13,806 bases of DNA from a bacterium. Its GTDB lineage: Bacteria; SAR324; NAC60-12. The translations under genes were made by a program, and so were the position numbers. The stretch lies in contig CBDBHR010000019.1 of the NCBI GenBank assembly GCA_965205865.1, forward strand, positions 1-13,806, read 5' to 3'. The notes under the pieces are model-generated. The model made no database searches, was not told the DNA's origin, and saw nothing but the letters and a program-made list of their open reading frames with translations. Positions 8,298 to 13,806 of this stretch are shown here, piece by piece. Each line of letters opens with the position of its first letter. Positions within the stretch are counted from its first letter, which is position 1.

Positions 8298-10048
8298 CCT
8301 AAATTGAGCGATTCTGAAAAAGGATCAGATTTTCAAGATGATTTTTTTGCCTGAGAAAGGCAATCATTCTGAAATCAGATTTTGATCATCAAATCCAGGG
8401 ATGTTTGAGTGAGAATGAGCATCAAAATGCTGTTTTCAGATGTGGAAAGTCTTCATTTCTCATGTCTTGGACGCACTCATCCCCTTAAACTTTAATGTTT
8501 TTGTTTTTTTAATTGAAGCGAAACCCGTTGATCAGATTGGCGCCAATACATGCTGGCAGGTGGCAAATAGTTGGTCCAATTGCAAGCGCTCAAAGGTCGT
8601 TTTGGGTATTTTCAAGATCAGTTTTCCGGCATGACGAAGCAGTTTGCCTGCCGTATCAAGAAACTGGCGCCGGAAGGTATCAGCATACATCGTTACGGCA
8701 ATCACTGGCTTGCTGACATCTTCTTTGAAGGCTTCGAAGAGGTTATTGCCAAGCAGCATCAGGTAGTACCATGCGGCATTGGGAACGAACTTCTTAAAGG
8801 GCAATTGTTCATGACCAAAGTTTTTCAGCGCCCGGTTGGCCAGTTCATCCTTTCCCCGTCCGTGGTACGAGCCAAGGATGCTATGAGCATCGATGCGCTT
8901 TTCTTCAGCGGCTTGGCTGAGTTGGCCATCAATGGCCTCTCCCATACCAAGGTTCGTAATGATCACGCCATCATGATCCAAACCCGGCAAAGAGAGTTGG
9001 CTATCGTGTTCAATCAAGCGGCTGTAGATCGTGCGACGAGCCTTCTTCCATGTCCCCTGCTTGCTCTTAAACTCCGTGTACTGCCAGATCTCCTTCTTGT
9101 CCGATGAAGTGAAGGTCCGCCAGTCAGTGGCTTCTTCCGCAGCATTCCTCACATTGGCATAGGACTTTCCTCCGCTTCAGATAACCGATGTTCAGGCGTT
9201 CACAGGTTTCAAAGATTTTTCCGTCAAAAAAAGCGGCGTCCATGCGCAGCATGATTGGTACATCATCTCGGTATTCGCGGCGAATCTTTTTCACGATATG
9301 AACCAGCATATTCTGAACAGTTTTCCCGTGATTCGAATGTTTGCTACCTCCGCGAAAAACTGCGTCAACCATATAACGACCTCAATTCATCTGCAGGGGA
9401 TGAAATCCTTTGACCATCTTGTAAGTCGGCTGGACGCCATGGCGTTTCAGGGCATCATCATTATCAAGTACCATCGAATCCAGACCCAACTCAATCACCA
9501 GAGGAGAGTTCTTCTTCAGTCTCCAAATGAACAGCATCTTCAGCAAATGACGAAACAGGTAGACTCCCACAAAGAATTTTCCAAAAAATCTTTTCACTGC
9601 ATGCGAGGAGGCAAGCTCTCCCTCGCGGCATGCCAGCAACGCAGCATAACCCTCGTCCCTTTTAAGATGATCGAACCAGCTAAGGTGACGGCTGCTGTTA
9701 TCCATAAAAAAACTGAGCATCTGTACAAAGAATTCAGAGACCGCAACACCTTTTTTATTTTTACGCATCGTACCAAACATCCTTTCCAGGATCGATATCA
9801 GTCGAATGCTATGCAGATACTGGACAAACAAGGCCAAACCGGCACGACTGGTCAAGAATTCATCGGTTGGCTCAATAACATCAATTTTCTGTTTCTTTTT
9901 ATCCTGAATTGTTGTATCTTTTTCCATGAAGCTCTTTACCTGTTGGGTTGTGTTAGAAATTGTGGATATTTTATGTGTTACCCACTGAAATATCACACTT
10001 TTTCCAAAAGGTTGAGAGCTTTTTTTATCGTGAATCGCTCAACTTAGA
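8298..10048 (-). mobile_element. IS1380-family element #1 (decayed, about 1.75 kb)
   Basis: 17-bp IRs with two mismatches: CCTAAATTGAGCGATTC (8298-8314) and GAATCGCTCAACTTAGA (10032-10048). Flanks TCTTA / TATTA match at 4 of 5 positions. Confidence 0.85.
8532..9927 (-). pseudogene. IS1380-family transposase pseudogene
   Basis: LTSRAGLALF, LGLDSMVLDND, TYKMVKGFHPL, LRMDAAFFD, YHGRGKDEL..RALK, TFRRQFLDTAGK. In-frame TGA at 9384-9382 (QMN*GRY, likely from a Trp codon) and a frameshift near 9177 split it into three ORFs. Confidence 0.9.
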
Positions 10049-10056
10049 TATTACTA

Positions 10057-11752
10057 CCTAAATCCTGCAATTGAATATTTTGATTGAGTTTCCCCCCACT
10101 CTTTGAGAGGTTTTTTTAAAAAAAAGGATTTGAGAGTTGAATTTCCATCAGTCCTTGCTCATAAAGGTTTTTCCGCCCTCCATTAGATCGTCATATTTTG
10201 TGATGATCTGATACCCGCTTTCGCGGGCACAAGATTCAAGACGTACTTCTCCCTGGATTTGGGAATCTACATCTCAGCAAAATGTATCCACTGGAGTGAA
10301 ACAAAGGATCCAGGTCTCTCCAACAGCGACCCATGCATCCCATTGAGCATTGTAAAGTGTTCTTTCCGGAACTCTCAGTTTTTGTTGACGAGCGCCACTC
10401 GTCCATTTTCCTGCCATTCGGACAAGATAGGTGCGCATGGTGGCCGGTTCCCAACGGCGCAGTATTGCGTTACCACTACAAAGGGCCATCCAGCGCAGCG
10501 TGTTGTAAGCGAGTATCGCGCATTGGAACAAGGCACTGTTGGCCCAAAAATCGTCGGTTTTAATCTGAGCCAGCGCAGTTTGATTTTTTGCTTCCTCAAT
10601 CCATGTCTCAGCGACCGCCCTTTGGCCATACTCTTTGTGAGCCTGCCAGGGAGTGAGCGCGTCAGTGAGAACATAACAAAAATAATCGTACTCCTTCATC
10701 TCAAAGAGGGTGGCCATCCCTTTGAGTTCCTCCTCTTTCTCCCTGCGTACGGCCATGAATTTTCTTGACCTCCTCCAAGTTTCACATTGGTGGGAAAACT
10801 CACACCCTTCCCAAGCGGGCTGCCCCTTCACTTTTTGCCATTTTTGGGTTTCCAACAACGAGACAAGCCCCTTGAGTTTGACCTTGATCAGATAGCCATG
10901 GCCTCGTTCTTCGAGGAAATCCAGCAAATCCCCCACAAAAAAACCACTGTCTCCACGAAACAGAGTGCGAGTCCGATTTGGAAGGTGAGCGAGAAGTTGC
11001 CGCATGAATTCAACGACTCCATTGCTGGTATAGGCACTCCCATCACGAAGCCAACCCTGAAGAATCTCCTTTGTCTCTGCGCAAAATGCCAGCAGAGGAT
11101 GATACGAAGCTGCACCGCGTTTGTGTGGATTATATCCGACAGACACTCCTTGCTGCTTGCCGTAGGCCGTTTTCACAGTGGAGTCCACGTCAATCACAAG
11201 ACAGTGTAACACCCCAACGATGCTTGTCCCACTTCGAAGCGCCTTACGCCAGATACCGGCTCGAATCCGATGGTTCAAGCTCTCCATCTCATTGATGTTT
11301 TTCTGTGTGAAAGTACGCAGTATCCGGCCGAATGTGGTTTCATCCGGAATCCTCAGCCAACCGGCCACACGACTCAAAACACGGTCGTTCCAAACTGTCA
11401 CAATCGAACGAATCGAACGGGCGCCACCAACAATGCCGACCACCGACAAAATGACCATGTCCACCGCGTCATAAAGACCCGTGGCGCCACGCCGATGATC
11501 TACGGTCTGCTCTGTCTTTGAAACAATCCCTTCTTTGTGAAAAAATTTGACAACCGGAATCAAGCCTGCTTGCGCGGTCAGGTCTCTGCCTCCCTGGCTG
11601 ATATGGATGTTTTTTGCTGTCGTTCTTGCCGATCTTGCGCTACCTTTGTTTTTCATGGTAATGGTGATCTCTTAAAATGTTGATTCTGGTGTTAACTATT
11701 TGAGTATATTACCATTTCCATGTTTGATTGTCATCTAATTGCAGGATTTAGG
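10057..11752 (-). mobile_element. IS1380-family element #2 (intact, 1696 bp)
   Basis: Perfect 16-bp IRs CCTAAATCCTGCAATT (10057-10072) and AATTGCAGGATTTAGG (11737-11752); perfect 5-bp TSD TACTA (10052-10056, 11753-11757). Confidence 0.95.
10274..11656 (-). CDS. IS1380-family DDE transposase (460 aa)
   Basis: LTAQAGL, IDVDSTV...YG.Q.G...GYNP.KRG..SYHPLL, FRGDSGFF, YGQRAVAETWIEEAK, N...FQ..ILAYN. Confidence 0.94.
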   Translation of the reverse strand: MKNKGSARSARTTAKNIHISQGGRDLTAQAGLIPVVKFFHKEGIVSKTEQTVDHRRGATGLYDAVDMVILSVVGIVGGARSIRSIVTVWNDRVLSRVAGWLRIPDETTFGRILRTFTQKNINEMESLNHRIRAGIWRKALRSGTSIVGVLHCLVIDVDSTVKTAYGKQQGVSVGYNPHKRGAASYHPLLAFCAETKEILQGWLRDGSAYTSNGVVEFMRQLLAHLPNRTRTLFRGDSGFFVGDLLDFLEERGHGYLIKVKLKGLVSLLETQKWQKVKGQPAWEGCEFSHQCETWRRSRKFMAVRREKEEELKGMATLFEMKEYDYFCYVLTDALTPWQAHKEYGQRAVAETWIEEAKNQTALAQIKTDDFWANSALFQCAILAYNTLRWMALCSGNAILRRWEPATMRTYLVRMAGKWTSGARQQKLRVPERTLYNAQWDAWVAVGETWILCFTPVDTFC

Positions 11753-12845
11753 TACTAATAAATATGCGACGACTACCACACCACTTCTCATTATTACCCC
11801 ACTCTAATTCTAAAATTACATTCAATTTCTGATCAACTAGTTCTGCAGAATTTATTGTTACTTTTTCGATTCTCTTTACAAAATTCAAAGTTGGCTTCGA
11901 ATCTGAATTACTTTTATCTTCAGATGTAGGTATCAATGATAAACGAATAAACTCAAGCTTGATTAGCCGAGATAACGTGTTTAAATCATCTTTATAATCC
12001 CTGTAATACTCAGATATAAAAGATCCCATTGTAGTATCTAAACACCACTCTCCATATGCAGTACTGGCAGCAGTTGTTAAATGCTGTATAGCAGCATCCA
12101 TCCCAGTTACTAATTTTAAATCTCCATTCTCTAAAATTAAATCTACATCTTCACCTAAAGCCAAATCCCGACCTGCAAAATTGGGGTCTATGGGCTGATA
12201 TTTCTCAGCAACTTCAACAACTATAGAATATTCTTCTGATTGATTAAAAATCTTTCTAATTTGCTTAATTTTTCTTGCATCACCTTGAGACTCAACAAGA
12301 ACAAATCTCTCTTCTGATTTTAAAGAACTGAAATTCAAAATATATGTATCTAATTCATTTTTTGATCCTTTTAAGTATGAACCTAACCCAAATCGCCATT
12401 CATTATGGCTTACGAACTCCCAATAACCGTTTACGATTATTCTCAAACCTATCGCGATTAAAGTGCTATTGTCTTCATAAGCGTAGCAATTTGGATACAT
12501 AAGATTTTTATGTGCTTGCACTTCTGCCTGCTTTTTCCAAAGTCTCAAGGTTTCAGCTGAATACTCTTTGAAATCTGCATCAATAAAAGTAGCATGTGTC
12601 CGGCACATCCATATTCCATTCTGGATAGACCTTCTTTCTTCAGAAGACATAAGGGGATTGTAACGAGGTCCTTTTGGAGATTTTGCACAAATATGTGAGG
12701 CTTGGCCAAGATTCAAAGATTTTGAATCATCTCCCATTTGTGGTCCAACAGTTGGCACACTACAGTTAGGAAAACTGCATCTCCAAGCAACTCTTTCAGC
12801 TAAAGTTTTTCTTACTTTCGATGTGAAACTATCATCATTTTTCAT
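11748..12845 (-). CDS. HNH-nuclease protein with a putative C-terminal phage baseplate gp25/XkdS-like domain (about 365 aa); last codon and stop supplied by the IS1380 IR
   Basis: N-terminus: LAERVAWRCSFPNC...ASHICAKSPKGPRY...NGIWMCRTHATFID...Y..ETLRLWK (zinc-binding His-Me finger). C-terminus: DLALGEDVDLILENGDLKLVTGMDAAIQHL...TAYGEWCLDTTMG. ATG 12845 preferred; GTG 12887 lies inside the IS256 remnant. Visibly more AT-rich than its neighbours. Confidence 0.82.
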   Translation of the reverse strand: MKNDDSFTSKVRKTLAERVAWRCSFPNCSVPTVGPQMGDDSKSLNLGQASHICAKSPKGPRYNPLMSSEERRSIQNGIWMCRTHATFIDADFKEYSAETLRLWKKQAEVQAHKNLMYPNCYAYEDNSTLIAIGLRIIVNGYWEFVSHNEWRFGLGSYLKGSKNELDTYILNFSSLKSEERFVLVESQGDARKIKQIRKIFNQSEEYSIVVEVAEKYQPIDPNFAGRDLALGEDVDLILENGDLKLVTGMDAAIQHLTTAASTAYGEWCLDTTMGSFISEYYRDYKDDLNTLSRLIKLEFIRLSLIPTSEDKSNSDSKPTLNFVKRIEKVTINSAELVDQKLNVILELEWGNNEKWCGSRRIFIST

Positions 12846-12849
12846 ATTC

Positions 12850-13334
12850 GGGTCAATCCCAATTCTAGTTGAAATTTTTGATGACACTCACGCTGTTTTT
12901 ATCTTTTTCTTCATCTGATTCAAATTGGCCATAGCCTTTCTGAGCTGAGCGAGATGTTTATAGCTCTTCACTCTTCTGAGATTGCCTTCAATCTGCAATA
13001 AAGCATTTGCCACCCAGCTTTGCCTCGTCTCTCCTCGGCTATAGGGATCTCCAGCTAATTGAGTCACTTCTTCCTGCGGTATTTCCTCTACTGCCATCAA
13101 TCCTTAAGGAATCAACTGTTGAATTAATCTTAAGCGGGTGGAAAACTCAAAATCGCCCTGCACTAATTCTTTATATGCCTCCACTCGATCTTTCGCGTTG
13201 CTTCTTTCTCAGGGTTTGATTACCATTTTCACACGACCACCCTTTGTTGGGTTGGGTTTTGTTTAGTCAATGAAACCACAACATAACGAATGGGAGATCA
13301 TCCTTCAATTTGCAACTACTTTTAGGACATTTCC
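12850..13334 (-). mobile_element. Internally deleted IS256-family element (about 485 bp, non-autonomous)
   Basis: Imperfect IRs GGGTCAATCCCAATTCTAGTTGAAA (from 12850) versus the reverse complement GGAAATGTCCTAAAAGTAGTTGCAA (from 13334). Inside, the transposase N-terminus (LIQQLIP*GLMAVEE...EEVTQLAGDPYSRG) is joined directly to the C-terminus (RQSWVANALLQIE..LRRVKSYKHL). No TSD seen. Confidence 0.75.
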
Positions 13335-13376
13335 CTTGCGTAGAAAAGCTCTCTTTCAACAATTTCTTCACTTTGT

Positions 13377-13806
13377 TCAACAAGCAACTTGTACAAATTT
13401 CTTCTCCACATTGGGGTAGAGGTCATCTAGCTGTTGCTGGATTGTGATTGTGCGCTCGATGGCAGTCACCATCCGGCAGTAGGTACGGATGTCGGTGGTT
13501 TGGAGACAACGTTCCTTGCGGTCTTTCAGCCATTTTTCACTGACCTGATAGCCACCGATGCGGTATTCGTAAACTTCCAGAGGGAGGGGGCTGAAGTAAT
13601 GCGTTCTGTTGACGTGCATACGTTGCTCAGCGGCGTCGTAGCGAAAGCCCTGCGCCTTTGTCCGTGCGACGACTGTATCGTTACCTTCACCTTCAAAGTG
13701 GCAGGTTGGCGGATCGAGTTCCGGTGACTCGAGGAGATGTAAGGCGACCAGTCGTGAACCCAGACCGGCGAGCATGTCAAACAAATCCTTGTCTGTAGTA
13801 AACGGG
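13377..13806 (-). CDS. Type ISP-like restriction-modification enzyme / adenine methyltransferase, C-terminal specificity domain; starts outside the window
   Basis: Frame open to the window edge: PFTTDKDLF..L..LG..L..LHLLES...YD....RMHVN...YF...P.EVYEYRIGGYQV..KWLKDRK, typical of the LlaBIII-type C-terminal domain. Confidence 0.85.
   Translation of the reverse strand, partial: PFTTDKDLFDMLAGLGSRLVALHLLESPELDPPTCHFEGEGNDTVVARTKAQGFRYDAAEQRMHVNRTHYFSPLPLEVYEYRIGGYQVSEKWLKDRKERCLQTTDIRTYCRMVTAIERTITIQQQLDDLYPNVEKKFVQVAC

Noticed and set aside
9382-9384. TGA read as Trp or Sec (alternative genetic code or recoding)
   Set aside because: Other genes here use TGG for Trp and TGA as stop, and the same transposase also has a frameshift, so ordinary decay explains it.
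8571-11521. Plus-strand ORFs (e.g. 8571-9107, 9298-10047, 10259-10768, 10787-11209)
   Set aside because: Antisense shadows of the IS1380 transposases with no recognisable motifs.
11760-12167. Prophage or contractile injection system locus implied by the gp25-like domain
   Set aside because: No sheath, tube, baseplate J, spike or other structural genes occur in the window, and the domain is fused to a nuclease.

Overview
Bacterial defence-island-like region heavily eroded by insertion sequences. In order: (i) the start of a peptide/nickel ABC permease and a 5'-truncated substrate-binding gene, cut off by a 17-bp inverted repeat and an IS110 remnant; (ii) a SIR2-HerA anti-phage operon with an intact sir2 and a herA cleanly split by an IS5/ISNCY-type element (TIRs and TSD visible, halves rejoin in frame to 566 aa); (iii) an internally deleted IS91-family transposase; (iv) a 5'-truncated LivJ/LivK-like binding protein with an exact 60-bp tandem duplication; (v) a 205-aa orphan with a C-terminal HEPN-like RxxxxH motif; (vi) two different IS1380 elements 8 bp apart, one decayed and one intact with perfect IRs and TSD; (vii) an AT-rich gene whose N-terminal HNH nuclease appears fused to a C-terminal phage baseplate gp25/XkdS-like (sheath-initiator) domain, the best candidate here for an undescribed anti-phage system; (viii) an internally deleted IS256 remnant; (ix) the 3' end of a type ISP-like restriction-modification gene. 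All family assignments come from motif recognition by eye, not from database searches.
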